The position numbers were made by a program, and so were the translations under genes. Under the pieces are notes generated by a model. It saw only the letters and a program-made list of their open reading frames with translations, ran no database searches and was not told where the DNA came from. From NCBI GenBank assembly GCA_963754315.1, contig CAVWFS010000019.1, positions 128,001 through 192,000 of the forward strand: DNA of 64,000 nt. The letters are read 5' to 3'. Within the stretch, counting starts at the first letter, position 1. Every line of letters begins with the position of its first letter. Positions 28,262-39,607 of this stretch are shown one piece after another. This DNA comes from an uncultured Candidatus Rokubacteria bacterium. GTDB taxonomy: Bacteria > Methylomirabilota > Methylomirabilia > Rokubacteriales > CSP1-6.

Positions 28262-29017
28262 CTACCTGAGCTCGAAGGCGACAGTGGCCGTGGCCCGAGG
28301 CGCGATGGCCACCTCTTTCGTGATGGTGTGTGGTTCCTCGTAGACGAGCCGTCCCGTCCGGTCGATGCCCCGACGCCGGAAGCCCTGGTGCCACATGGTC
28401 ACCCGGTACGCCCCGGGGGGAATGTCCTCGATCCGGAAGGCCCCGCGCGCATCCGTCACCGCCACGTATGGGTTGTCGTGAACGACCATCCACGCGCTCA
28501 TGTGGGGATCACGCTCCGCGAGAATCCGGATCACACCTGGTTTGGTGAGCCGCCGGGTGATATCGACCTCCTGTTCCTTGCCCGGAATGGCGACGTGAAA
28601 GACCGTCGTGTTCCCTTGCACACCCCGCGCGCTATGGACGATGAGGTCGGCGTTCCGTACGCGTGCTCGCGCGCCGGCCATGGTCGCCATCACGGGCGGC
28701 GCAAAGGCGCACTGCCGACTCTCGAGCACCACCTCCAGCTGACTCTTCTTCCCGCGCGTCACCCCGTGCACGAGGATCACGCCACCGGCCACACTGCGGT
28801 CGGGCCCCAGCCGAAGCGACTCCGTTGGCTGACGGTCGGCGCACCCGTCTCTATTCGTGGACTGCGCGGCGGGCACAACCGGCTTTCCGGTGAAGTGCAC
28901 CACACCGGTCAGGGTTCCGCCGTCGGGCACGGGTCCCTCGATGTAGGCCAGGGCGGGCCGTGGGTCACCCACGAGCAGGGCGATCGTGAGGATGCCGACA
29001 CCGACGACGCCGATCAG
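28262..29017 (-). CDS. Exported cupredoxin-like/carboxypeptidase-regulatory-like protein with degenerate Cu ligands (start uncertain)
   Basis: Signal ending PALA; GGTLTGVVHF; QCAFAP; HDNPYVAVTDARGAFRIEDIPPGAYRVTMWH; paralogue of 35834-36535. Confidence 0.75.
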   Translation of the reverse strand: MIGVVGVGILTIALLVGDPRPALAYIEGPVPDGGTLTGVVHFTGKPVVPAAQSTNRDGCADRQPTESLRLGPDRSVAGGVILVHGVTRGKKSQLEVVLESRQCAFAPPVMATMAGARARVRNADLIVHSARGVQGNTTVFHVAIPGKEQEVDITRRLTKPGVIRILAERDPHMSAWMVVHDNPYVAVTDARGAFRIEDIPPGAYRVTMWHQGFRRRGIDRTGRLVYEEPHTITKEVAIAPRATATVAFELR

Positions 29018-29397
29018 GGCTCCGGATTGAGGAGTCGTTCGAAGGCCAGCCAAAGACTCCGACTGTAGCGGAAGAACCACAGCGGAAAGAGCACGACGAA
29101 GGGCAGCCAGACCCACAACTGCCTGGCCGGGGAAATATCGGCGACGCGCCAAAGGGCGAGGGCGCCGATCAAGGCGATGACAACGGTCACGGCGTAGCTC
29201 AGGTAGATGGCTCCGATCCAGTACCCCTGAGCGCGCTCGAATCTCAGCCCGCACAGGGGGCACGAAGGAGTCATCACGAACCATCCCCGGAGGCCACGAT
29301 GCGGAAAGAGCAGGGTCACTCCGCAGCGCGGGCAGCGTAGAGTCAGGGCACGCCGGAAGACGTCGACCACCCGCATGCCCGCCGCCTCCGCCGTCAT
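29014..29397 (-). CDS. DUF983 family membrane protein
   Basis: ALTLRCPRCG...CPLCGLRFER..GYW followed by two TM helices. Confidence 0.8.
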   Translation of the reverse strand: MTAEAAGMRVVDVFRRALTLRCPRCGVTLLFPHRGLRGWFVMTPSCPLCGLRFERAQGYWIGAIYLSYAVTVVIALIGALALWRVADISPARQLWVWLPFVVLFPLWFFRYSRSLWLAFERLLNPEP

Positions 29398-29423
29398 CCC
29401 TCACAGCCATCGGCTCGGTGGCC

Positions 29424-29795
29424 TCAGGGCTTGGCCGGAGCCGTGGCGGCCGGAGCCGGCTTCCTCTTTTCGGTCTGTTTGATGATGGCGAACGAGTCCG
29501 GCAGGATGACAAAGATCAAGAGGATGGCGATGGCCAGGGGCGTCACCGCGATCACCCCCAAGGTGCGAGCTTCGAAGCGAAGGTGCATGAAGTACGCGGC
29601 CACCAGCGCGGCCTTGGCCAGTGCCATGGCCCCCAGAAGCACGTTGATGGTCATCCGCGGCATGGGCATGAAGATCACGCCAACCTCGAGCACGGTGAGG
29701 ATGGCCAGGATCCAGAAGATCATCATGTAGTTGGGATGCTGGTGCGTACGCCCGTGGTGGGCGGTGGCTGGCGCGGCAGGCGCGGGAGCCGCCAT
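29424..29795 (-). CDS. Cytochrome c oxidase subunit IV (CtaF/CyoD-like)
   Basis: YMMIFWILAILTVLEV; AKAALVAAYFMHLRFE; RBS GGAG. Confidence 0.88.
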   Translation of the reverse strand: MAAPAPAAPATAHHGRTHQHPNYMMIFWILAILTVLEVGVIFMPMPRMTINVLLGAMALAKAALVAAYFMHLRFEARTLGVIAVTPLAIAILLIFVILPDSFAIIKQTEKRKPAPAATAPAKP

Positions 29796-29807
29796 CGCAT
29801 CTCCTCC

Positions 29808-30426
29808 TTAGAGCAGGTACATCAAGGTGAAGACCATGATCCAGACGAGATCGACGAAATGCCAGTAGAGTCCGGTGATCTCGACCACGTTGTAGCTCGC
29901 CGCCGGCTCGAGGCGGCGGGCCACCACCCGCATGGTCGCCACGAGGTAGATGACGCCTGCCGTGACGTGCAGTCCGTGAAACCCGGTGATGAGATAGAAC
30001 GTCGTCCCGAAGAGAGCAGCCCCCCAGGGGTTGCCGTCGATATGGAGCCCGGCGGTGAATGAGGTGTCCCCACTCGTAGGCCTGGCAGGCCACGAAAATG
30101 GCCCCGCCCAGCGCCGTGAGAAACAGGAAGATCTGGCATCGATTTCGGTCGCCCTTGCTGAGCCATTCAAGCGCCTTGACCATTGTCACGCTCGAGCAGA
30201 TGAGCAAGAACGTCATGGCCGCCGTGAGGTTGATCCCCAGCACCTCGAAGGGGATGGGCCAATCCGCACTGGTAGCGCGAGCAGCTCCGTAGGCGGCGAG
30301 GAGCGTCCCGAAACCGACGGCGTCCCCTATGAGGAACGCCCACATGCCGAGCTTGCCCCAGCTCTCCGGGGTCAGCGGAGACTCGGCTGGTTCAACCGTC
30401 GGATGCACTGCGGCCACCTGACTCAT
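29808..30426 (-). CDS. Cytochrome c oxidase subunit III-like (second copy), +1 frameshift near 30056
   Basis: KLGMWAFLIGD, LICSSVTM, QAYEW in one frame; TFYLITGFHGLHV and GLYWHFVDLVW in the next. Confidence 0.88.
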
Positions 30427-30716
30427 GTCGTCTCCTTGTCGAGCCCTGATGATGGAAGTCGCGATGATTCGAAGTGAGCCACCGGTTCCCCCGGTACCGA
30501 GCCATGCGGGGCCCGGGGCGTACGCTGGAGGCCTCCCCGGTTCAACCAGAGCACCGCGGCGATGGTCGATCCAATCACGAAGGGCGCCACCAGAAGACCC
30601 AGATATGGCCAGTTGAACGTCCGGTCACCAAAGGGTGACGATACACACCAGGTACAGGCCCACGCCGCCGAGGGAACCAAGGGCGCCAGCAGCACGACGG
30701 GAAGGCCGCCTCTCAC
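30423..30716 (-). CDS. Small exported/membrane protein with CxxC right after the predicted signal cleavage site
   Basis: GTG overlaps the upstream stop; ...PSAAWA|CTWCVSS; one TM helix. Confidence 0.6.
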   Translation of the reverse strand: MRGGLPVVLLAPLVPSAAWACTWCVSSPFGDRTFNWPYLGLLVAPFVIGSTIAAVLWLNRGGLQRTPRAPHGSVPGEPVAHFESSRLPSSGLDKETT

Positions 30717-31387
30717 AGCAGGTAGACCGCCACGAAGAGGATCGGCCACAAGCCCACCACGAAGTGCCAATACAGCACGCACCCGCGGACGGCCGTCCCG
30801 CGCTCACGCGAGACCCGCCCCGCCATCGCCAAACCCAGGAGCGCCAGCAACCAGACGAGCGCACCCGCCACGTGCAGGGCGTGGGTGCCGATGAGCGTGT
30901 AGAACGTCGTCCCGTACGTGCTCGATGACATCGTGAGCCCGAAGTGGACGAGCTGCACCCACTCGTATCCTTGCACCGCGAGGAAGATGCCGCCGAGGAT
31001 GGCGGCCACAGTGAGCCACCGCACCAGCCGCCGTCGATCGTCCCGTGCGAGTGCTCGCCCGGCGGTCATCATGGCCAGGCTCGAGAACAGAAGGACCACG
31101 GTGTTGGCGGTGGTCACGCCGACGGGCAGCCTCGGTTGAAGCGGCGGAGGCCAGACCGGCATGCCGAGTCGCAGGATGAAGAGGGCGGAGATGAGCGCAG
31201 CGAAGAACATCGACTCAGCCCCCATGAAGAACAGGAGGGCTACTCGGAGGTTGTCGAGTGGGCGACGAGGAGAGGGATCTGGACCCTCATCGTCGCCACC
31301 AGGTGGTGGCAAGGGTGGGCGCGCATGACCATTGGTGCGGCGCAGATCAGGAAGGCGAGGCGGCGCTTCAACCAGTCCAGCAGCCAT
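30713..31387 (-). CDS. Cytochrome c oxidase subunit III-like (first copy)
   Basis: FMGAESMFFAAL; NTVVLLFSS; QGYEW; FYTLIGTHALHV; YWHFV. Confidence 0.88.
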   Translation of the reverse strand: MAAGLVEAPPRLPDLRRTNGHARPPLPPPGGDDEGPDPSPRRPLDNLRVALLFFMGAESMFFAALISALFILRLGMPVWPPPLQPRLPVGVTTANTVVLLFSSLAMMTAGRALARDDRRRLVRWLTVAAILGGIFLAVQGYEWVQLVHFGLTMSSSTYGTTFYTLIGTHALHVAGALVWLLALLGLAMAGRVSRERGTAVRGCVLYWHFVVGLWPILFVAVYLL

Positions 31388-31389
31388 CG

Positions 31390-31525
31390 CTACCAGCGGA
31401 TTCCAACGAGGAGGGTGACGAGGGCCAAGGCGAACAGGATCCCGAGAAGCACGCGTGCCGTCCGGCGGTTACGCTCGCGCGAGGTCCTCGTGTCGTCCGT
31501 CGATCAGATGGGACTTGGGGGCCAT
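31390..31525 (-). CDS. About 44-aa single-TM protein, +1 frameshift near 31480 (absent from the ORF track as a whole)
   Basis: MAPKSHLIDGRHEDL / RERNRRTARVLLGILFALALVTLLVGIRW*; fills the gap between ctaB and subunit III. Confidence 0.55.
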
Positions 31526-31530
31526 CGCGC

Positions 31531-32433
31531 TCACACCTTGTCGTAGGCCAACAGGGCGAGAAGGGCCGGGAGATATAGAAATGACGCGAGCATCACCCGC
31601 CGCGCCGCCTCTCTGGAGGGAGCAAGCGCGTGCCGCGCACCCAGCGCCGTGAAGCCGACACCAAGCAGGAGCGCGCCGAGGAAATAGACCGGCCCCGCCA
31701 TTCCGACCAGGGTCGGGAGCAAGCTCACCGCCAGGAGGGAGAGGCAACCCATCACGATCTGCCGCTCGGTGCTGCGACCGTCGGCGTCGACCACGGGAAG
31801 CACCCGAATGCCCGCGCGCGCGTAGTCATCGCGGTACACCCGCGCGATGGCCAAGGTATGGGGGAGCTGCCAGAGAAACACGATGCCGAAGAGGATCCAG
31901 GCTCCCAGGCTGAGCTCGTCACGGGCGGCCGCCCAGCCCGTGAGAGGCGGCGCCGCCCCGGGGAAGGCGCCCACGATCGTGCACAGCGCCGTCTTCAGCT
32001 TCAGCGGTGTATACGCGAACAAGTAGAGCACGGTGGTGGCTGCGGTGACCGCCGCCGCCAGCAGGTTGACGAAGGCAGCAAGGTACATGAGTCCGGAGAC
32101 GGTAACGACGCTGCCGAAGAGCAGCGCCTCCAGCGGCTGCAATCGTCCTTGGGGAACGGGTCGGATTCGTGTGCGCTCCATGCGGGCGTCGATCTCGTGC
32201 TCCCAATACTGGTTGAGCGCGAGAGTACCCGCCGCCGCCAGCAACGTCCCGAGCAGGAGGTGGAGCATACGCCCGTATTCGGGAGGGCCCGCCAGCGCCA
32301 CGTAGTAGCCGACCAAGGTGGTCACCAGCACCATCACGACCACGCGGGGCTTGGTCAGGGCGACCAGATCCGCGAGCACTTGACGACGATCCCGCGCCAT
32401 CGAGGTCACAACGATCTCGGTTGGTCGTGCCAT
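31531..32433 (-). CDS. ctaB: Protoheme IX farnesyltransferase (heme o synthase)
   Basis: LTKPRVV; ALNQYWE...DARMERTRIRP; YTPLK; WQLPHTLAI; DDYARAG. Confidence 0.93.
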   Translation of the reverse strand: MARPTEIVVTSMARDRRQVLADLVALTKPRVVVMVLVTTLVGYYVALAGPPEYGRMLHLLLGTLLAAAGTLALNQYWEHEIDARMERTRIRPVPQGRLQPLEALLFGSVVTVSGLMYLAAFVNLLAAAVTAATTVLYLFAYTPLKLKTALCTIVGAFPGAAPPLTGWAAARDELSLGAWILFGIVFLWQLPHTLAIARVYRDDYARAGIRVLPVVDADGRSTERQIVMGCLSLLAVSLLPTLVGMAGPVYFLGALLLGVGFTALGARHALAPSREAARRVMLASFLYLPALLALLAYDKV

Positions 32434-32436
32434 ACC

Positions 32437-33315
32437 CTAACCCGAGAATCCGGCGGCCAGACGGCGCGGGGCTGATCTCGCTGGGACACCCATGACGGAG
32501 GCCGCACGCACGGCCAGGACCACGGTAGCGGCCAGGACCAGTGCCCCTACCAGTCGATGGGTGACCGGCAACACGAGGAGGGTGACCTGACCCCCCGGAA
32601 TAAAGATCGACGAGAAGCGTGCGAGGTAGCTTCCCAGTCCCAGCAGCAGCTGCGCACCGAGAAGGACAAGGAGCAGCCGGGATAGTGGCATGGCCACCGA
32701 ATCACCGGACCGTCGCAGGCGAGCAGCCGCGATCGGCACGAATACGAAGACGGCCACGGCGCCCGCCAGGTGCAGCTCGATCCAGCCCGCGTGAGTGAGC
32801 AAGGCGCCGAGCACGATCTGCAGATACACGAGCACGACCGCCCCGATCGCCAGCGCCCGGGAGGCGGGATCGATCCCGCGAACATCGAGGCGCGCCCAGC
32901 GCGAGGTGAGGAAGGCCAGGGTCACGATCAGCGCGAAGAACGCCTGGGCCAGGCAACCATGGACGATGGCCAGCGTTTCTTTCAGCAGAACCACGCGCAG
33001 CCCCCCCAGCAGACCTTGCACGCAAACGCTCACCACAGCCAGGAGACCCAGGCCACGGAGGAGGCCTCCGGCGCCCCACAAGGACGCGGCCAGGCCCAGG
33101 GTCAACACGCCCACCGCGGCGCCGATCAGGCGATGACTGTGCTCGTAGAAGATGCCTCCCACCATCTGCGACCACGGATAGAGGAACATGTTGTGCCCGA
33201 ACGTTGTTGGCCAGTCGGGAACAGCCAGGGCAGCACCCGTGTTGGTCACGAGGCCGCCCAGAAGGATGAGCAGGAACGTGGCGACCACGGTCACCACGGC
33301 CAGGCGGTGGGCCAT
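32437..33315 (-). CDS. ctaA: Heme A synthase (COX15/CtaA family)
   Basis: GGLVTNTGAALAVPDWP; YEHSHRL; QGLLGGLRV; VHGCLAQ; VTHRLVG. Confidence 0.88.
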   Translation of the reverse strand: MAHRLAVVTVVATFLLILLGGLVTNTGAALAVPDWPTTFGHNMFLYPWSQMVGGIFYEHSHRLIGAAVGVLTLGLAASLWGAGGLLRGLGLLAVVSVCVQGLLGGLRVVLLKETLAIVHGCLAQAFFALIVTLAFLTSRWARLDVRGIDPASRALAIGAVVLVYLQIVLGALLTHAGWIELHLAGAVAVFVFVPIAAARLRRSGDSVAMPLSRLLLVLLGAQLLLGLGSYLARFSSIFIPGGQVTLLVLPVTHRLVGALVLAATVVLAVRAASVMGVPARSAPRRLAAGFSG

Positions 33316-33320
33316 CGTAC

Positions 33321-35073
<1,753 letters not shown>

Positions 35074-35077
<4 letters not shown>

Positions 35078-35799
35078 GGCTTGGCTTTGCCCTCCATCGT
35101 GGCAGCGGCGGCTACCGTCTGCGAACTGGACGCGGGCCCGGCCGCCTTCAAGTTCTCCGCCGCCCACTTCGCGTAGTCCGCAGGGGTGTGGGCGTAGATC
35201 CAGGCCTTCATTCCCGAGTGACCGATGCCGCACAGCTCGGCGCACGGGGCCTCGTACTTACCCGGCTTGGTCACCTCGAACCACTGCATGATGTCGCGGC
35301 CGGGGACCGCGTCCTGCTTGAAGCGAAACTGGGGAACGAACAAGCTATGGATCACGTCGCGGCCGCGCAGGTTGATCCGCACGACCTTGTTCACGGGCAC
35401 GTGCATCTCGTCGAGCAGGGTCTTGTCGTCATCGGTGCCGAACTTGCCGTCCGGGCCCGGATAGGTGACCTCCCAGTTGAACTGCTTGCCCGTCACGTTG
35501 ATGACGAGATCGGAGGGCGGAACGTTGAGCTTGATGGCCGACCACAGGGGTACACTGAGCAGGGTGAGGGCCACCAGGATGGCGGCCGGAGTCACCGTCC
35601 AGGCGATCTCCAGCGCAGAGTTGCCGTGGGTGTACCGCGCCTGGCGGCCCGGCCGGTCACGGTACACCCAGAGGAAGACCAGCAGAGCCCCGGTGACGAG
35701 GACGAAGGTGATGCCCGTGATCCAGTAGATCAGGTGGAACATCCAGTCGATGCCCCCCCCGTAGGTCGCGACGTTTTCCGGCAACCACCAGTTCAGCAT
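35074..35799 (-). CDS. ctaC: Cytochrome c oxidase subunit II (CuA), no fused cytochrome c
   Basis: Two TM helices; GKQFNW; DVIHS; CAELCGIGHSGM. Confidence 0.93.
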
Positions 35800-35833
35800 G
35801 CTGGTCTCGGTCCCCTCTCGTGGCGGTCGGGCC

Positions 35834-36535
35834 CTACTTCTTCACCATCTCGACGCTGACCTTGGCCGTCTGACCAGCCTTGACCTCGACGTCCTTGGTC
35901 ACCTTGCCGAGCGTCTCGTGCCAGACTTCGATCGTTTGCTTGCCAGGCGGCACGTTCTCGATCTTGACCATCCCGCTGCCGTCACTGATGCCGAAGAAGG
36001 GGTGCGGCATGACCGCGATCCAGCCGAGCATCCAGCTGTGCACGTCACAGGTGACCTTGATGATCTCCGGCTTCTCGAACTTCTCCGTCATCACTTTCTT
36101 GAACTTCGGTTGCGCCTTGTTGATGGGCGGATTGGCCGTCGAATACGTGTGGATGTTGTGCAGGATGTCGTCGGAGTTCTTGATTTCGATCTCCCCCGGG
36201 GTCATGGCCACCACGTGGGGAACGAACTTGCAGCCGTGCTGATCGATGGCCGCTTTCTTGGCCGTCGGGGTGCCCTTGGCGCCGGCCACCGACACCACGG
36301 CGTTGCTCAATCCCTTGTTAGGACCGACAACCACCTTCTCGATGGTGGCTTCCGTCCCGCACTTTTCCGTGTCCTTGTTGACCTTGAGCTTGTCCACCAT
36401 GGGCGCCCCGTTGTACTTGACCTCGACCTCGACGGTCCCGCCGCCCTGGGCCGTTGCTGCTCCCGGCCAACCCATGAAAACCGCCCCGCTCACCCCGAGC
36501 ATGACGGCCGTGAAAATCCCGATGATCGTACGCAT
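35834..36535 (-). CDS. Exported cupredoxin-like + carboxypeptidase-regulatory-like protein with a putative type-1 Cu site
   Basis: Signal peptide; DQHGCKFVPHV; ILHNIH; CDVHSWM (C-x2-H-x2-M); HPFF...VPPGKQTIEVWHE. Confidence 0.8.
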   Translation of the reverse strand: MRTIIGIFTAVMLGVSGAVFMGWPGAATAQGGGTVEVEVKYNGAPMVDKLKVNKDTEKCGTEATIEKVVVGPNKGLSNAVVSVAGAKGTPTAKKAAIDQHGCKFVPHVVAMTPGEIEIKNSDDILHNIHTYSTANPPINKAQPKFKKVMTEKFEKPEIIKVTCDVHSWMLGWIAVMPHPFFGISDGSGMVKIENVPPGKQTIEVWHETLGKVTKDVEVKAGQTAKVSVEMVKK

Positions 36536-36623
36536 TGCTCCTCGTCCTCCTTGTTTCGAGTCCAGCCGGCTTCTTTGACCGGCCGCTGTCGCGCTCCTGG
36601 CGCGAGCGCACACCCCCACCCAT

Positions 36624-38054
36624 CTAGCCTCGTCGGTTCGCCATCCGGACGATCAACGCCATCGCCGCCAGCGAGAGGAGAGCCACCACGGGTGGGATGA
36701 TGAAGCGCCGATTCGACTGCAACTCCTCCAGGCGAAGATTGTACCAGGAAGTCAGCGACATCTTGGTCCCCGTCTCCCCCGCCCCCCCGTCCCAGGCCTG
36801 GAAGGCGACCGGCGTGAACACGCCAGGCTGGAAGGTCAGGCGGCTGGCGTCCTTGCCCGCCAGCGGACGCTTGATCACGAGCCGATACTGCCCGTTGTCG
36901 TAGACGGCGTTACCGGTGGCCGCTGACGATTCGAGACCCTGTATTTTGCCGGGGCCGTTGGCCGTCGCCTCGCCGACCCCGCGGCCGTTCTCCCAGCGCA
37001 GTATGTAGACGGGATCGGAGGCGTCACCCATCAAGAAATACGGCCGCTCCGTTCCCGCGCCGAGCGAGGGCGGAAACTGGAGGGCAATGGTGTCGGCCCG
37101 GCCGGGCTCCTTGGATTCCGTAGGGTCGTCCCACGTCAGGTGATAGACGATCTCCTTGTCGTTGTAGGCGGCCCGCACCGAGATCATGTCGATGGATGGG
37201 TTGAAGTTGCGCGGATCAACGATGACCTGCCCCATCAGTGGAATGTTGCTGGGGGTAAGCTTCTTCCAGAACTCGGCGTTGGGATCGTCCGGGATCGGCT
37301 CCCTGACCGCCACCACCGTGACCAGCGAGGCGGGCTTGAAACTGTCGGGCCCGAGCGCCTCGATGTAGTTGGTGAGGTGCCAGATGTCCTCCGGCTTCTC
37401 CACACTGTCGATGAAGGACGGCATGGGGGTACCGAGGACCCCGGCCGCCATGCGCATGGCGATATCGCTTCGGGACTTGCCCCCGCGGAAGTTCCAGCGC
37501 TGGGTCAGGTTAGCCGGCTTGATGGGCTGGCCCCATTCGTCCTTGAGCTCGGCGCGCGACGGCCCGTCTCCCCGCCCCGCCGCACCGTGGCACTTGTTGC
37601 ATTCGATGGCCTCGTACATCTCCTTCCCGCGCTTCAGGGATTCCGCCGAGCTGGCCACCTCCTTGGGCAACTCCTGTTTCTTGGCGGTCTCCTTGAACTT
37701 GTCGGCGGCGAAGGTCTTGATGTAGGCGACCAGATCCCACCGATCCTTTTCCGGCAGGACCTTCCAGGGGGGCATGGAGGTCCCCGGCATGCCGTCCGTG
37801 ATGACCTTGAAGAGGTCCTCGTCGGAGGGAATCTTGCTGGCTGTCGTCCTGATCTTGTAGACCCCCGATACAAAATCCCGAGGGGCCGGGCTGAGCTCCT
37901 CCGCCGCCGGGCCCTTGCCGTCTCCCTTTTCGCCGTGGCAGAGCATGCACTTGCGTTCGTATACGACCTTGCCGTTCTGCGGATCTCCCTTTTGGGCCCA
38001 GGCCGGCCACACGGTGAGCAGCACGAGCGCGGCGCCGATCCAACCCGCGCGCAT
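36624..38054 (-). CDS. Diheme c cytochrome fused to an EB_dh/DOMON-like heme-b domain, with a C-terminal membrane anchor
   Basis: CMLCH and CNKCH; GMPGTSMP and GTPMP; PLMGQ; LTWDDPT; DTIALQFP; VAFQAWDG; KMSLTSW; C-terminal TM. Confidence 0.82.
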   Translation of the reverse strand: MRAGWIGAALVLLTVWPAWAQKGDPQNGKVVYERKCMLCHGEKGDGKGPAAEELSPAPRDFVSGVYKIRTTASKIPSDEDLFKVITDGMPGTSMPPWKVLPEKDRWDLVAYIKTFAADKFKETAKKQELPKEVASSAESLKRGKEMYEAIECNKCHGAAGRGDGPSRAELKDEWGQPIKPANLTQRWNFRGGKSRSDIAMRMAAGVLGTPMPSFIDSVEKPEDIWHLTNYIEALGPDSFKPASLVTVVAVREPIPDDPNAEFWKKLTPSNIPLMGQVIVDPRNFNPSIDMISVRAAYNDKEIVYHLTWDDPTESKEPGRADTIALQFPPSLGAGTERPYFLMGDASDPVYILRWENGRGVGEATANGPGKIQGLESSAATGNAVYDNGQYRLVIKRPLAGKDASRLTFQPGVFTPVAFQAWDGGAGETGTKMSLTSWYNLRLEELQSNRRFIIPPVVALLSLAAMALIVRMANRRG

Positions 38055-38803
38055 TAGTGTGACTCCCAGCGGCGCGGCTGCTGTCCGGTCGCGTCGTAGA
38101 GGTACATGATCACTTGCCAGATCTGCTCCTCAGTCAGCCGGTCCTCCCAGGCGGGCATCACCGAGTTCCAGGGCGTCGATTCCCTCGGTAGCCCTGGCCC
38201 TCCCTTGGCAATGCGCCAGAACAGATACGCCTCCTGGAGCATGGCGATGGTGCCCGGATCCTGGAAGTTGGCGGGGGGCGGGTTGAAGCCGGCCGCAAAG
38301 TGCCCTTGCCCATCGAGGTTGTCGCCGTGACAGAACATGCAGTTCTTGATGTAGATCACGCCCCCCGCCCCCACGTTCTTCTTGAAGGTGGCCTGGTCCT
38401 TCCGGAGCGGATTGTCAAACCCGGAGATGGCGATCTCCTTGCCCCGGAACTGAATGGAGGCGGGCGGGGCGGGGTGCACCGCCCTCAATTCGGGGGGAGC
38501 TTGTGGCTTGGCGGCCGCCTGCGTGTAGGCGTAATAGCCGAGCAGGAGGGGGATCACGATCATCAGAGCCGCACGCAACGGTCGGAGCCGGGGCTCGGTG
38601 AGAGTCGCCCGGATCGGCCGCATGAAGTCGCGCCAGGAGTCGGAGTCGGAGGACGCGAACACCAGGACGGCAAGGAGGACGATGCCCATGTAGAGGGTGA
38701 GCACGCTCCAGGGAGCGGGCGGGCGGATCCCGAACCGCAAGATGCAGAAGGCCACAAGGAGGATCAGAGCCGATTGAAAGAGGCGCGAACGCAGGAGTCT
38801 CAT
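38054..38803 (-). CDS. Membrane-anchored monoheme cytochrome c
   Basis: Three N-terminal TM helices; CMFCH; PPANF; FWRIAKGGPG; SVMPAW. Confidence 0.88.
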   Translation of the reverse strand: MRLLRSRLFQSALILLVAFCILRFGIRPPAPWSVLTLYMGIVLLAVLVFASSDSDSWRDFMRPIRATLTEPRLRPLRAALMIVIPLLLGYYAYTQAAAKPQAPPELRAVHPAPPASIQFRGKEIAISGFDNPLRKDQATFKKNVGAGGVIYIKNCMFCHGDNLDGQGHFAAGFNPPPANFQDPGTIAMLQEAYLFWRIAKGGPGLPRESTPWNSVMPAWEDRLTEEQIWQVIMYLYDATGQQPRRWESH

Positions 38804-38807
38804 GGGC

Positions 38808-39606
38808 TCACTTCAAAGTCTGGAGAAACGCCACCAGATCCGTGAACTCTCTGGCGGTCAGGGTCTGTCCCAGCGTGGGTGGCATCACACCCTTGGGGTA
38901 TCCGGCGACGGTACCGGAGCCCGCCGGATCGAGAATCTTCTTCATGATGTAGTCCGGCGTCTGGATCTTCGCGATCTGCGAGAGATCCGGGCCGACCGGC
39001 GACGCTCCCAGACTGCCGGCCTTGTGGCAGGCGATGCAGGCACCCTTGCCTGCGAAGACGGCCTCACCCGCCTTCGGATCACCAGGAATCTTGAATTCGA
39101 CGGGGGCCGCCGCCCCGGCGGACGCCCCCGCGGTGGCCGGGATGTCGTTGAGGGTCACGTTGACTGTCCCCCCCAGCGATTCGAGGAATGCGGTGAGGGC
39201 CCAGAGCTCCGACCGATTGAGCGAAATGGGGGGCTTGTCGACGGCCGGCATGATCGGCGGAAACCCCTCGACCACGAACGCGCCCGGGATTGATGAGCGA
39301 CTCGATGATGTATTGCTTGGCGCTCATCCCGGGCTTCATCTTGGCGGCCCGCGCCCCGATGCCGGCCAGGTCGGGCGCGCGCGTTCCCTTCTGCCCGATC
39401 TTGTGACAAATCTCGCACGTGCCCTTGGTCCTGTAGATCTCTTCTCCCGCCTTGATCAGCTGGGCTGGAGTCACGTTGCCGCCTTCGAGCGACAGCTCCT
39501 GGGGGGGCTTGGACTCGATCTGAGGGATCGAGTTGGCGTAGTAGGTATACACGCCCATTACCAGGAGCGCGAACACCCCGACCTTCACGCTGACGGGCAG
39601 GCGCAT
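38808..39606 (-). CDS. Membrane-anchored diheme cytochrome c, +1 frameshift near 39284
   Basis: N-terminal TM; CEICH...APDL...YIIESLINPG / AFVVEGFPPIMP; CIACH...GPDL...VMP. Confidence 0.85.
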
Positions 39607-39607
39607 G

